Shown one piece after another: positions 29,772 to 39,240 of a stretch of 64,000 nt of DNA (position 1 is its first letter; each line of letters begins with the position of its first letter). This stretch comes from Candidatus Palauibacter sp. (GTDB lineage Bacteria > Gemmatimonadota > Gemmatimonadetes > Palauibacterales > Palauibacteraceae). The DNA lies in NCBI RefSeq assembly GCF_965237495.1, contig NZ_OZ250143.1, positions 599,786 to 663,785 on the forward strand. Reading direction: 5' to 3'. The notes under the pieces are model-generated. The model ran no database searches, was not told the DNA's origin, and was given only the letters and a program-made list of their open reading frames with translations. The translations under genes were made by a program, and so were the position numbers.

Positions 29772-32700
29772 ATGCAGGGATGGGCGAGGACGAGAAACTC
29801 CGAGCGGCAGCTGCTCGATGTCGTGGCCGACGTGAGGCGGCGCTGGCGCGCGCGCCAGCTCATCCAGGGCGTCGCGCTGACGCTCGGCGTCGGCTTCGCC
29901 GTCTTCTTCGCCGCGACCTGGGGCATCGACCGGCTCCGTTTCGAGGACACGGCGGTTCTTGTGTTTCGCCTCGTCCTGTGGGCGGTCGCGATCGGTCTCC
30001 TCGGGTGGTTCGTGGTGCGGCCGCTCTTCCGCCGCGTCTCGGACGCGCAGGTCGCGCTCTACCTCGAGGAACACGAGCCGTCGCTCAAGGCGGCGTTCCT
30101 CGCGGCCGTCGAGCGGGCCGGATCGCCCGAAGGCCGCTCCGGCCTCGACGCCCGTCTGCTGGAGGTCGCCGTGGAGCGCGCCCGGCGCATCGAGCGCGGC
30201 CGCCGCGTGGAGCGCGCCGGGCTGCGGCGCTCGACCGCCTGGTTCGCGGGCGTCGCCACCGCCGTGCTGGTCGTCGCCCTCTTCGGACCCGCCTTCCAGG
30301 GGACGGCGGGTTCGCTCCTCCTCAGTCCGTGGCAGACCGCGGACGCGGCCAACCCCTACGCGATCACCGTGGAGCCGGGCGACGCGCTCATCGCGCGCGG
30401 CTCCGACCAGTTGGTGCGCGCCTTCCCCCAGGGCTTCGAGACGGACGAAGTCGAGGTCGCCGTGCGCCGCGGCGAGTCCGAGGTGTGGGAGCGCTACTTC
30501 ATGACGCCGGGCGAGGACGGCGCCTCGTTCGAGATCCTCCTCTTCGACCTCGATGAGCCGGCCGACTACACCGTGTCCTCGGAGGGTGTGCGCTCGCCGG
30601 TGTTCAGGATCGAGGTGGCCGACCTCCCCTACGTGGACCGGATCGACCTCGAGTACCGCTTCCCCGCCTACACCGGACTCAGCCCGCGGACGGTCGAGGA
30701 CGGCGGGGACATCGCGGTGCTCCGGGGGACCGAGGTCCGGCTCCGGGTGACGCCGACGCTGGCCACCGAGGGAGCGCGGCTCGCCTTCGACGACCAGGAA
30801 GAGGGCGAGGGCCCGGCGCTCGAACTCGTGGATGGGGCGTTCGAGACGAGCTTCACCGTCAGCGAGGAGACCTTCTACCGGGTCGAATTCATGGGTCCGG
30901 GCGGGCGCTTCGTCGTCGGTTCCCCCGACTATCTCGTCGAGCCGCTGGATGACCAGCCGCCGGGGATCCGGATCGCCGAACCCGGACGGGACACGCGCCT
31001 GTCGCCGATCGAGGAACTGTACGTCGAGGTCGAGGCGGAGGACGACTTCGGGCTCGGGCGGGTCGAACTCCTCTATTCCGTGAACGGAGGCGAGGAGGCG
31101 TCGCGGGTCCTGCACGGGACGACGCGCGGCGGGACGACGCAGGTCTCCGGCGGACACACGTTCTTCCTCGAGGAACTGGACCTTGAGCCGGGGGATGTCC
31201 TCTCCTACTACGCGCGCGCCACGGATCTCCGGGCCGGCGGCGGCGCCGGAGTCGGCTCCGGCCGTCGAGGGGAGGAGAGTTCGGACATCTACTTCGTCGA
31301 GATCCGCCCCTTCGACCTGGACTACAGCCAGGCGGAGCAGGGAGGCGGCGGAGGCGGCGGCGGCGGCGCCGGCATGCAGGGCGAGTTGTCCGAACAGCAG
31401 AAGCAGATCGCCGCCGCGACCTTCCGCCTCATGCGCGACGAGGACGAGTTCGACGAGGCCGAGATGTCGGAGAACCTCGCCACGCTCACACTCCTTCAGG
31501 GCCGCCTGCGGCAGCAGGTCGAGGAACTCATCGTGCAGATGCAGCAGCGGGGTGTGGCGGGGGATCCGTCGTTCGAGATCGTGTTCCGCGAACTCCCCCT
31601 CGCGCCCGTCGAGATGCGGGAGGCCGAGACGAGGCTGGGGGAGCGTCGACTCCGGGATGCGCTCCCGCCCGAACAGCGGTCGCTGCAGCACCTGCAGCGG
31701 GCCGAGGCCGCCTTCCGCGAGGTCCAGGTGCAGCAGGGCGGCGGAGGCGGCGGAGGCGGCGGCATGGCCGCGGCCGAGGAACTCGCCGACCTGTTCGAGC
31801 TGGAACTCGACCGGCTCCGGAACCAGTACGAGACGGTCCAGCGGGGCCAGCGGCAGCAGCAGGACCAGGAGGTGGACGAGGCGCTCCAGAAGCTGGAGGA
31901 ACTCGCCCGGCGCCAGCAGCAGATGAACGAACGCGCGGCGGCACAGCCCCGCGGAGCGGCGGGCGGAGGCCAGGGCCAGCAGCAGCAGATGATTCAGGAG
32001 ACGGAGGAGCTGGCCCGGCAACTCCAGCGTCTGGCTCGCGAAGATGACCGGGCCGACCTCGAGGAGTCGGCACGCCGGCTTCAGCAGGCCGCGGACGAGA
32101 TGCGGCGGGCGCAGGCGCAGGGGCGCCAGGGACAGGGGCAGGCGGAGTCGTCGAACGCGCTCGACCGTCTGCGCGAGGCGCGACGGTTGCTGGAGAACCG
32201 CCAGGTTGCCGCCGTGGGGCAGGAGGTCGAGGACGCCGCGCGGCGCGCCGCGCGCATCGTCGAGCGCCAGCGCGAACTCCAGAGCGACGTGAATGAGGAT
32301 CCGACGACGCGGGACCCCGACCGTATCGCCGGGCTGCGCGAGCGGAAGGCCGACCTCGCCCAGGAGGTGGACCAGCTCGAGCAGGATCTCGACCGGCTGG
32401 CCCGCGAGGCCCGGCAGGAACAGCCGGAAGCGTCGCGCCGCCTCGGGGAAGCGGCGGCGGAGATCCGCGAGAGTCGGCTGCGGGACAAGCTGCAGTTCTC
32501 GCGAGGGGTCCTCGGCACGCAGTCCGAGGACTACGTGCGGAACTTCGAGGAGCAGATCACGCGCGACGCGGAGAACATGCGCACCCGGGTCGCGGTCGCG
32601 CGCGACGCGCTGAGCGAATCGGACCCGCGCCGCCTCGGGCGGCAACTCGACGAGACCCGCGACCTGGTCCGGGGCCTGGAGTCACTGCAGGAGCGCCTGC

Positions 32701-33296
32701 AGCAGCGCGCCGAGGGCGAGTCAGCCGAGGGCGGCGAACAGGGGCAGGGCGACCAGCAAGGCCAGCAGGGCCAGGAAGGCGAGGGCCAGCAGGGTGGCCA
32801 GGGCCAAGGCCAGCAGGGCCAGCAGGGCGAGGGCCAGCAGGGCCAGCAGGGCGGCGCAGGCCAAGCCGGCGAACTCGGCCCCCGCGGCGGCCAGGGGTTC
32901 GCACCCGGACGGGGTGGCGGCGGAGGCGGCGGCCCGAGGCTCTCGCCGGAAGATATCCGGCAATTCCAGCGGGAATTCCGCCAGAGGCGCGAAGATGCGG
33001 GCCGTCTGCGCGATGACCTGCGCCGGGAAGGCGTCGATGTCGGCGACCTCGATCAGGCGATCGCGGGCCTCGACCGACTCCGGACCATGGGCGATTTCGA
33101 CGATCCCGAGGAAATCGCCCGGCTGCAGACCGATGTGCTGAGGGGGCTGAAGGACTTCGAGTTCGCCCTGCGCCGCAACCTCGGAGAACAGATCGAGCGC
33201 TTCTTCCTCTCGGGGTCGGACGACGTCCCCGACGAGTATCGCGAACTCGTGGAGGCCTACTACCGGGCGCTGTCCGAGGACCGCCCGCCGCGCTGA
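29772..33296 (+). CDS. Large DUF4175-like membrane protein with coiled-coil and G/Q/E low-complexity regions
   Basis: AAGGAGG lies 7 nt upstream of ATG 29772. N-terminal TM pair, a long Q/E/R-rich helical region, G-runs and a GQQ array. Ends ...FFLSGSDDVPDEYRELVEAYYRALSEDRPPR*. Confidence 0.75.
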   Translation: MQGWARTRNSERQLLDVVADVRRRWRARQLIQGVALTLGVGFAVFFAATWGIDRLRFEDTAVLVFRLVLWAVAIGLLGWFVVRPLFRRVSDAQVALYLEEHEPSLKAAFLAAVERAGSPEGRSGLDARLLEVAVERARRIERGRRVERAGLRRSTAWFAGVATAVLVVALFGPAFQGTAGSLLLSPWQTADAANPYAITVEPGDALIARGSDQLVRAFPQGFETDEVEVAVRRGESEVWERYFMTPGEDGASFEILLFDLDEPADYTVSSEGVRSPVFRIEVADLPYVDRIDLEYRFPAYTGLSPRTVEDGGDIAVLRGTEVRLRVTPTLATEGARLAFDDQEEGEGPALELVDGAFETSFTVSEETFYRVEFMGPGGRFVVGSPDYLVEPLDDQPPGIRIAEPGRDTRLSPIEELYVEVEAEDDFGLGRVELLYSVNGGEEASRVLHGTTRGGTTQVSGGHTFFLEELDLEPGDVLSYYARATDLRAGGGAGVGSGRRGEESSDIYFVEIRPFDLDYSQAEQGGGGGGGGGAGMQGELSEQQKQIAAATFRLMRDEDEFDEAEMSENLATLTLLQGRLRQQVEELIVQMQQRGVAGDPSFEIVFRELPLAPVEMREAETRLGERRLRDALPPEQRSLQHLQRAEAAFREVQVQQGGGGGGGGGMAAAEELADLFELELDRLRNQYETVQRGQRQQQDQEVDEALQKLEELARRQQQMNERAAAQPRGAAGGGQGQQQQMIQETEELARQLQRLAREDDRADLEESARRLQQAADEMRRAQAQGRQGQGQAESSNALDRLREARRLLENRQVAAVGQEVEDAARRAARIVERQRELQSDVNEDPTTRDPDRIAGLRERKADLAQEVDQLEQDLDRLAREARQEQPEASRRLGEAAAEIRESRLRDKLQFSRGVLGTQSEDYVRNFEEQITRDAENMRTRVAVARDALSESDPRRLGRQLDETRDLVRGLESLQERLQQRAEGESAEGGEQGQGDQQGQQGQEGEGQQGGQGQGQQGQQGEGQQGQQGGAGQAGELGPRGGQGFAPGRGGGGGGGPRLSPEDIRQFQREFRQRREDAGRLRDDLRREGVDVGDLDQAIAGLDRLRTMGDFDDPEEIARLQTDVLRGLKDFEFALRRNLGEQIERFFLSGSDDVPDEYRELVEAYYRALSEDRPPR
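32737..32866 (+). repeat. In-frame trinucleotide-type array (GGC/CAG/GAG units) encoding GQGDQQGQQGQEGEGQQGGQGQGQQGQQGEGQQGQQGG
   Basis: Repeated GGCCAGCAGGGC / GAGGGCCAGCAGGGC units are visible in the sequence. Confidence 0.8.
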
Positions 33297-33348
33297 CCGG
33301 GGCTGACGAGAGCCCGACTTCGGCCTACAGGAAGGAGACCCGATCCAG

Positions 33349-34260
33349 GTGCCCGACCTCGGCGACCCTCGCCTCTACCTGTTCTCCGCCCTCGCGATCC
33401 TCACCGCGGGCCTGCTCGTCTCCTGGGGGCGCGCCGCGCTCGCCGCCACGCGCGCCGGACGCGAGGGGGACGGCTGGCGCGGATGGCCTCGTCTGTTCGA
33501 ACTCGCCGTCGGCTTCGTGACGAACTTCTTCGACACTCTCGGCATCGGTTCGTTCGCCCCCACCACATCCCTCTTCAAGCTGAAGAAGGTGGTGCCGGAC
33601 GAGGAGATCCCCGGGACCATGATGATCGGCCACACGCCCCCGGTCGTCATCCAGGCTTTCATCTTCATCGCGATCATCACCGTGGAATCGCTCACGCTCT
33701 TCGTCCTCGTCGCGGCCGCGGTGCTCGGCGCGTGGCTGGGGGCGGGGGTCGTCGCGCGCCTGCCCCGCCACCGGATCCAGATCGGGATGGGGATCGCGCT
33801 CCTCATCGCCGCCGCGACATTCGTCATGTCCATCTTCGAGATCACGGCCGTGGGTGGGGACGCAGCGGGACTCTCGGGCGCACAACTCGCGCTCGCCGCC
33901 GGCTGCCTGTTCGTTCTCGGGGCTCTGATGACGATCGGCATCGGGATTTACGCCCCGACCATGATCGTGGTCAGCCTCATGGGACTGAACCCGGCCGTCG
34001 CCTTCCCGATCATGATGGGTGCCGCCGCCTTCCTCATGCCGGTGGCCGGCGTCCGTTTCCTGAAGGCGGGGCGCTACGGGCTCCGCGCGGCGCTGGGGCT
34101 GGCGATCGGAGGCATGCCGGCCGTCCTCCTGGCCGCGTTCAGCGTCCGCTCGCTCCCCCTGAACACGATGCGATGGCTTGTCGTGGCGGTCGTCCTCTAC
34201 GCGGCGATCCTCATGCTGCGCTCCGCCGCGCAGGAACGCCGGTCGTTGACTTCTGGTTGA
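33349..34260 (+). CDS. TauE/SafE (TSUP) family membrane permease
   Basis: ~8 TM segments with internal duplication: ...VTNFFDTLGIGSFAPTTSLF... and ...LGALMTIGIGIYAPTMIVVSLMGL.... Confidence 0.7.
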   Translation: MPDLGDPRLYLFSALAILTAGLLVSWGRAALAATRAGREGDGWRGWPRLFELAVGFVTNFFDTLGIGSFAPTTSLFKLKKVVPDEEIPGTMMIGHTPPVVIQAFIFIAIITVESLTLFVLVAAAVLGAWLGAGVVARLPRHRIQIGMGIALLIAAATFVMSIFEITAVGGDAAGLSGAQLALAAGCLFVLGALMTIGIGIYAPTMIVVSLMGLNPAVAFPIMMGAAAFLMPVAGVRFLKAGRYGLRAALGLAIGGMPAVLLAAFSVRSLPLNTMRWLVVAVVLYAAILMLRSAAQERRSLTSG

Positions 34261-34390
34261 TGGCGCGGTTGAGACTGGCAGGTGGAGCCGGTTGGCGGTG
34301 GGATCGTACATTGGGGCGATTGATATCGCCATCGGAGCTTCGGTAAACCCACCCGACTCTGGGCGCTGAAGCACAGGAGGGCCCAGGAAA

Positions 34391-34792
34391 GTGACGCACG
34401 TGGACAAACTGGAAGGAATCGTCAGAGACGTTCTTGAGCAGCAGTTCAGGGGCGTGGTCTTCGACTCCGTTGAAATCCGCGGGGGCATGGACCATGACGA
34501 CGATGGCGTTCTATACGTGCGGGTGGTTTTCCGGTCGGATACGCCTCTTGATGTGAACGCTCGTGTCGGCTTTGTCCGGCATCTTCGGCCCCATCTCAGG
34601 AGACTTCAGGAGGACCGTTTCCCGATCATGTCGTTCATTTCGGGTGACGATAGTTCTGAAATCGAAGCGTTGAATGCTTTAACTCATCGAGACGGCCTAA
34701 GGGGTTGGCCGGTGGCACGCCCTACAAACCCCGCCAAGCCGACCTGCGCTGTGCAGTCAGTGCAGCATACTACGCCCTGTTTCACTGTCTGA
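34391..34792 (+). CDS. Hypothetical protein (only about the first 95 codons look protein-like)
   Basis: MTHVDKLEGIVRDVLEQQFRGVVFDSVEIRGGMDHDDDGVLYVRVVFRSDTPLDV...; no family recognised. The 3' third overlaps the next ORF in another frame. Confidence 0.3.
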   Translation: MTHVDKLEGIVRDVLEQQFRGVVFDSVEIRGGMDHDDDGVLYVRVVFRSDTPLDVNARVGFVRHLRPHLRRLQEDRFPIMSFISGDDSSEIEALNALTHRDGLRGWPVARPTNPAKPTCAVQSVQHTTPCFTV

Positions 34793-34995
34793 TGCGGACG
34801 TGTGCGGACAGCTTCATCGGTACCGCCGGGGCGCAGCGGAGCGATGCCGCTTGGCGGCAAGTGTACAGGGCTCCGGATCATGGGAGCTGCAAGCAGAGAT
34901 GCGCGCAGGTCGACAAGTTCGGGTCTCCACAGCGCATCCTCGATTTCGAGAATGTGTTTGTCGAGATGCAGGACAAGCGACATCGGGCGGACTGA
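34705..34995 (+). pseudogene. HEPN-like protein, 3'-truncated
   Basis: ...RQADLRCAVSAAYYALFHCLMRTCADSFIG...AWRQVYRAPDHG...FVEMQDKRHRAD* stops inside the conserved R..ADY element seen at that position in HEPN-type proteins. The stop at 34993-34995 lies 2 nt before the ghost DUF4175 3' end. Confidence 0.45.
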
Positions 34996-34996
34996 G

Positions 34997-35050
34997 CAGA
35001 TCAAGCGCTTCTCCCTCTCGGGGTCCGACGACATCCCGGAGGAGTACCGC
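34997..35050 (+). other. Ghost copy of the 3' end of the DUF4175-like gene
   Basis: 54 nt match 33189-33242 at 47 of 54 positions by my count. They encode QIKRFSLSGSDDIPEEYR versus QIERFFLSGSDDVPDEYR in the intact gene. Confidence 0.7.
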
Positions 35051-35138
35051 CCTGGAACGAGATCCAACGGAGCCCGGTTCGAAACGTGACCCACCGCTGA
35101 AGTACCCACTCACCCAGGAGAATCGATCGGGCGGCGGT

Positions 35139-35830
35139 TCAGCGCAGCGCCGTCTCGAGCGGTTTCAGCCATTCGTCGAAGTGCGGGCATTCGGACCGCA
35201 TCGTTTCGAGGCCGATTTTCGACGCGGCTAGGACGCCCATCAGCGGCTTCTGGTATCCGGGAACCAGCTTCGTGATCCGCTTCGATGGAGCCGTCTGCGG
35301 GGAGTCATCGATCTCCTCCGGGCCCGGGAAGGCATCCCGGATGGCTTGAAAGTCCGAAGCCAGAGTCTCTTGGCCGATCCCCTCCGCGAACCCTTGGCAA
35401 TCGCTGCACAGGAGCGCCTCGAATTCATGGATCATGACGAACGGAATGAAGCGAGACGGGTTGAACGCGTGGCCCATTTTGCTCGTGACGTCGCGCAACA
35501 ACTTCTCCTCGACGTGCGCCACGTTCTCGGGATACGGCAAGCCCGAAGCCGCGTCTCGACCGGGCCACGCCTCAGGCCCGCTCTGCGGGAGTCCGTAATA
35601 GTCCACCATCGTGGTGGCGAGAGATCCGTGATCTCCTTCAGGTGATCCGTGATCTCTTTCCGTACCACCTGCCATGACTTGACTCCGCCACGCCGACCAC
35701 GCTGGCGAGCGTTGCCGAGAAGCCGCGCGCCGACTGAGGCGTAGCCGTGATCGTACAGATGAGGCGCGAGCAGTTCATTGACGAACTGCTCCTCAGTCTG
35801 ACCCTCGACATGAACGATCAGCCGGGTCAC
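35139..35830 (-). pseudogene. DUF4276-family (TOPRIM-like) protein with a broken reading frame
   Basis: The N-terminal part, MTRLIVHVEGQTEEQFVNELLAPHLYDHGY...GGVKSWQVVRKEITDHL, is in track ORF 35432..35830. The C-terminal part, ...SLATTMVDYYGLPQSGPEAWPG...FIPFVMIHEFEALL..., is in ORF 35139..35675. The total span is 692 nt, not a multiple of 3. Confidence 0.7.
35623..35664. repeat. 21-bp tandem duplication inside the DUF4276 gene
   Basis: GATCCGTGATCTC occurs at 35623-35635 and again at 35644-35656. On the coding strand this gives EITDHLK-EITD. Confidence 0.85.
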
Positions 35831-35842
35831 CGGTTCGGATCT

Positions 35843-36913
35843 TCAGCCTGCCCGGGGGGACGGTCGTCCACCGAACTGATTTTTTTCCCAGAGCTGCCCC
35901 AGACTGTAGTCCTCTAACCAGCCGCTGAATTTCTCGCCCTCGAGTCGTTGGAGCGTCGTCGCGCCGCCAACCCGATCGGCCACCAGCACGTCTTCCGGTT
36001 CGAAGTGATCCAGCAGCACCGGCGACTGCGTGGCCACGATGATCTGCCCGTCGACTGACGCCTGCTTCAGCAGGGAGGCTAGCAGCGTTACGGCGTACGG
36101 GTGAAGTCCGAGTTCCGGTTCATCAAGGACCATCACCGATGGCCGCAGCGATGTCGGTTGAAGAAGCGCGGTGGCCAACGCCATGAACCGAAGCGATCCG
36201 TCAGACAGTGACGAAGCGTCGAAGTATGCATCCGACCCGGTGTGTCGCCAATCGAGTCGGATCTTGTCCTCGTTCAGCGCGAGGGGCCGGAGTACAAAAT
36301 CTTCGAAGAACGGCGCCACCAAGCGCACCGTCCGCCGAATCATGTCGTACGCGCCCGCGTACCTTTCCCGCAGGAGGTACAGGAACGGTGCGAGATTCGA
36401 GCCGTCGTGGCGCAGTTGAAGATTGTCGTGCAGGTCGGCGTTCTTCTTGATTGCGGAAGTCGGGCTGGTATCGTGAAAATGGAATGTCTCCAGATTGGCC
36501 AGCCTATCCTGCAGGATGCCGAGGAGCCATTTGTTGCCGGGTTTCGACTCGATCTCGCCGAGCAGGTCGGTTCCGGTTGCCGTAATCAGCGGAAAGAGTC
36601 GGTCCTCGGCATCCGGATGCATCAGGATGCTGAAGTTCCCTTTGTCGTCGCCGAATCGGGCTTCGAACTTGACCTGCCGGGTTACCTTCGAACCGAAGTG
36701 AAGGAGCCGGTTCGCCCCCCCGGAGCGCTGTACGTATGCGTCGAGGCGCTGGCCCCTGGAGACGCAAAGCTCCATCAGTTTGAGCGCATCGAGGAAGTTG
36801 GACTTGCCCGAGCCGTTGGCGCCGATCAGAACATTAAGGGGTCTCAGCGGAAGATCCCTCAGAGCAGCGAAACTCCTGAATCCTTCGATCGTGATTGACC
36901 TGATCGCTGACAT
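35843..36913 (-). CDS. ABC/SMC-type AAA ATPase (AAA_21-like), partner of DUF4276
   Basis: ...ITIEGFRSFAALRDLPLRPLNVLIGANGSGKSNFLDAL (Walker A), ...LSDGSLRFMALATALL (signature-like), ...SVMVLDEPELGLHP (Walker B), ...IIVATQSPVLL (D-loop / H region). Confidence 0.8.
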   Translation of the reverse strand: MSAIRSITIEGFRSFAALRDLPLRPLNVLIGANGSGKSNFLDALKLMELCVSRGQRLDAYVQRSGGANRLLHFGSKVTRQVKFEARFGDDKGNFSILMHPDAEDRLFPLITATGTDLLGEIESKPGNKWLLGILQDRLANLETFHFHDTSPTSAIKKNADLHDNLQLRHDGSNLAPFLYLLRERYAGAYDMIRRTVRLVAPFFEDFVLRPLALNEDKIRLDWRHTGSDAYFDASSLSDGSLRFMALATALLQPTSLRPSVMVLDEPELGLHPYAVTLLASLLKQASVDGQIIVATQSPVLLDHFEPEDVLVADRVGGATTLQRLEGEKFSGWLEDYSLGQLWEKNQFGGRPSPRAG

Positions 36914-37124
36914 GGTTTGACTCGGTGGAGTTCGAAAGGCCGCTGGGGCCTACCCCAACGCCTTATCCAATCGGGTGGCGGGTATCGCCCGGCTGCTGGA
37001 GGTCAAGATAGGAGGTTTGGCCACCCAATCTGCACGAGACAGCGGCACACGACCGAGTACCGAGCCGATCCGGCCTACCAAATGACCTCTGGCTAACGCC
37101 CTTCCTTAGAGGCAGGATGTGCGC

Positions 37125-38132
37125 ATGACAATTCGGATTCTCTCAAGAAACGACATCGAACGGGCCGTGGACGCGGCGGCGGCCGTGGACGCGATGCGGG
37201 TCGCGTTCGGGGAGTTGTCCGCCGGCCGAGCCGTGGTGCCCGTGCGGGGGCACGTCGAGAGCGCACGCGGGATCACGCTGCTCATGCCGGCGTTCCTCGG
37301 CGCCTCGCGGGGGCTCGGGGCGAAGATCGTGTCCATATTCCCCGACAATCCGGCCGTGGGCCAGCCGCCGATTCAGGGGGCCGTCATCCTCCTCGATGCG
37401 GAGACGGGACGGGCCCGCGCCCTCCTCGACGGGACATCGCTGACCGAGATCCGGACCGCGGCGGGGAGCGGCCTCGCCACCGAGTTGCTCGCGGATCCGG
37501 CGGCTGATGTCCTCGCCGTGTTCGGTGCGGGAGCGCAGGGGCGGGCCCATATCGAACTCCTGGCGGCGACGCGGTTACTCAGGGAGATCCGCATCGTCTC
37601 GGTCCCGCCCGAGGGCGCCGAGGCGCTGGCGGCGGTGCTCACGGCGAGGGCCGAGACGCTGGTCCCCCCCGGGGGCGGCCCTCCGCCCCGGGTCCGCGCG
37701 GCCGCCACCCCGGCCGAGGCGCTGGACGGCGCGAAGCTCGTCGTCACCGCCACGACGAGCGAGACGCCCGTCTTCTCCCCCGAACACCTCGAGCGCGGGG
37801 CCCACGTGAACGCCATTGGCGCCTTCCAGCCGCACACGCGCGAGATTCCGGGAGAAGTCGTCGCCCGCGCGCGGGTCGTCGTGGACCAGCAGGAAGCGAT
37901 CTGGGAGGAAGCCGGCGACCTCATCATCCCCGTGGAGGAAGGCCTCGTCGGACGGGACGTGATCCACGCCGAACTGGGAGAGATCGTGAACGGGGACGCC
38001 GCCGGCGGCCACGCCGGCTTCGACTTCACCCTCTTCGAGTCGGTGGGGAACGCCGCTCAGGACGTGGCGATCGCCGAGGCCGCCCTCGCCCGGGCCGAAG
38101 CGCTCGGCCTCGGCTCCGTCGTCCCCTTCTGA
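37125..38132 (+). CDS. Ornithine cyclodeaminase / mu-crystallin family protein
   Basis: MTIRILSRNDIERAV...LLMPA...KIVSIFPDN...LDGTSLTEIRTAAGSGLAT...VFGAGAQGRAH...VNAIGAF. Confidence 0.8.
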   Translation: MTIRILSRNDIERAVDAAAAVDAMRVAFGELSAGRAVVPVRGHVESARGITLLMPAFLGASRGLGAKIVSIFPDNPAVGQPPIQGAVILLDAETGRARALLDGTSLTEIRTAAGSGLATELLADPAADVLAVFGAGAQGRAHIELLAATRLLREIRIVSVPPEGAEALAAVLTARAETLVPPGGGPPPRVRAAATPAEALDGAKLVVTATTSETPVFSPEHLERGAHVNAIGAFQPHTREIPGEVVARARVVVDQQEAIWEEAGDLIIPVEEGLVGRDVIHAELGEIVNGDAAGGHAGFDFTLFESVGNAAQDVAIAEAALARAEALGLGSVVPF

Positions 38133-38177
38133 AGCCATGAACGTCCGGGGCTTGAACCTCGGGGGCCTTGCGTCGCG

Positions 38178-38939
38178 ATGACTGAAGCGACGTTCCACGG
38201 CGCGCTGGTGTGGGCGATGTTCGCGCTGGCCGCGGTGACCTTCGCGATTCTGCTGCGCCTGAAGGCGCCCTACGGCCGCCACTACTCCGGGAGCGGCTGG
38301 GGACCAGACATCCCGAACAGGGTCGGCTGGATCGTCATGGAACTCCCGGCGCCAGCCCTCTTCGCCGTCGTCTACTTCATGGGAGAGTCGGCCGGGGCGC
38401 CCCTCCCCCTGATCTTCCTCGGCCTGTGGCAGTTCCACTATCTGCATCGAACCTTCGTCCATCCCCTCCGTACGCGGACGGCGGGGAAGAGGATGCCAGT
38501 CGTCGTGGCGGCCTCCGCCTTCACCTTCAACGTGACCAACGCGTATGTGAACGCGCGCTGGGTCTCGGAGATCGGCACGTACGATCTCGGGTGGCTGGGG
38601 GATCCGCGCTTCCTGGCCGGAGTGCTGGTCTTCGTCGTCGGCTTCGCCATCAACAACCATTCCGACAACATCCTGCTCGGACTGAGGAAACCCGGCGACA
38701 CCGGCTATTCGATCCCGCACGGCGGCGTCTTTCGCTACGTTTCCTGTCCCAACTACTTCGGGGAGCTTCTGGAATGGGCCGGCTGGGCGCTGGCGACGTG
38801 GTCGCTCGCCGGACTGGCCTTCTTCGTCTACACGGCGGCGAACCTCGTGCCGAGAGCGCTCAACCACCACGAGTGGTACAGGGCGCGCTTCGAAGACTAT
38901 CCCGACGACCGAAAGGCCGTAATCCCCGGGCTGCTCTGA
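38178..38939 (+). CDS. 3-oxo-5-alpha-steroid 4-dehydrogenase / DUF1295-type membrane reductase family protein
   Basis: ...GGVFRYVSCPNYFGELLEWAGWALATWSLAGLAFFVYTAANLVPRALNHHEWYRARFEDYP. Confidence 0.75.
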   Translation: MTEATFHGALVWAMFALAAVTFAILLRLKAPYGRHYSGSGWGPDIPNRVGWIVMELPAPALFAVVYFMGESAGAPLPLIFLGLWQFHYLHRTFVHPLRTRTAGKRMPVVVAASAFTFNVTNAYVNARWVSEIGTYDLGWLGDPRFLAGVLVFVVGFAINNHSDNILLGLRKPGDTGYSIPHGGVFRYVSCPNYFGELLEWAGWALATWSLAGLAFFVYTAANLVPRALNHHEWYRARFEDYPDDRKAVIPGLL

Positions 38940-39003
38940 CCAGGCGCGCAGCACACTCCCATCCATCGTTGACATGTGGCGCACATGAAATCATGTTACG
39001 TGC

Positions 39004-39234
39004 ATGGCAAAGATGCTGCAGATTCGCAACGTGCCGGATGACACTCACCGCCGGTTGAAGTCCCGCGCCGCCCTCGCGGGCACGTCGATGTCGGACTACG
39101 TCCTGCGGGAGATCCGACACTCGCTCGAGAAGCCCACCCGTGAAGAGTTGTTCGCGCGGATCGCCCAGCTCCCGCCGATCGAGCTTGATCCACCGGTGAG
39201 TGACGTCCTGCGGGAAGAGCGGGAGAAGCGCTGA
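39004..39234 (+). CDS. vapB: FitA/VapB-like RHH antitoxin
   Basis: MAKMLQIRNVPDDTHRRLKSRAALAGTSMSDYVLREI. Lies immediately upstream of a PIN gene. Confidence 0.75.
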   Translation: MAKMLQIRNVPDDTHRRLKSRAALAGTSMSDYVLREIRHSLEKPTREELFARIAQLPPIELDPPVSDVLREEREKR

Positions 39235-39240
39235 GTCGGT

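Noticed and set aside
31330-32870. The short tandem repeats (GGC runs and GGCCAGCAG units) as a possible CRISPR or other non-coding array.
   Set aside because: The units are 3-12 nt with no spacers, and they lie in frame inside a long ORF. This is coding low-complexity sequence, not a CRISPR array.
35623-35664. The tandem duplication in the DUF4276 gene as the cause of its frameshift.
   Set aside because: I first counted the repeat period as 20 nt. On recounting it is 21 nt (seven codons, EITDHLK/EITD), so the duplication alone keeps the frame. The actual 1-nt indel must lie nearby, and I could not pinpoint it.
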